Positions 63,933 to 64,000 of a stretch of DNA of 64,000 nucleotides are shown here, one piece after another. The position numbers and the translations under genes were made by a program. Numbering within the stretch: position 1 is the first letter of the stretch; the number at the start of each line of letters is the position of its first letter. Source of the DNA: Patescibacteria group bacterium (GTDB taxonomy: Bacteria > Patescibacteriota > Patescibacteriia > UBA9934 > GWF2-40-263); NCBI GenBank assembly GCA_004297215.1, contig SCUM01000002.1:70270-134269 (forward strand), written 5' to 3'. The notes under the pieces are model-generated. The model saw nothing but the letters and a program-made list of their open reading frames with translations. It did not search any database and was not told where the DNA came from.

Positions 63933-64000
63933 ACGAGGCGCCAAGCCAAGAGGCCGGCAATGATAAGGACAAGTATACCGTAAAGGAGAGCGGGGCGGAA

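Overview
High-GC bacterial chromosome segment. Gene content points to Patescibacteria/CPR, probably Parcubacteria-ABY1 (inference): ribosomal proteins with extensions, mostly SD-less starts, type IV pilus/competence genes and almost no metabolism. It holds the S10 and str ribosomal-protein clusters (tuf is separated from fusA), murA, uppS, ndk, split comEC, ugd, leuS, trxA/trxB, infB, a kinase with two receivers, truB, rny, HU, proS, a type IV pilus cluster with pilT, rnc, nusB, rpmF, gyrA, rpsA, ftsH, a second pilB, tsaE/tsaD and four canonical tRNAs. The most unusual signals are non-coding: (1) an intact tRNA-Pro nested inside a second, split copy of itself whose halves each carry a CCGAC/GTCGG palindrome insert; (2) a small GIY-YIG nuclease flanked by structured repeats that recur elsewhere with compensatory changes, a REP/RAYT-like arrangement; (3) an atypical Ala-identity tRNA-like gene behind a T-box-like leader complementary to its own anticodon arm; (4) a rod-shaped 6S-like RNA, a multi-hairpin rpsJ-rplC spacer and promoter-sORF-terminator units. 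Several palindrome families also sit in-frame inside core genes. All calls were made by eye, with no database searches or folding software.
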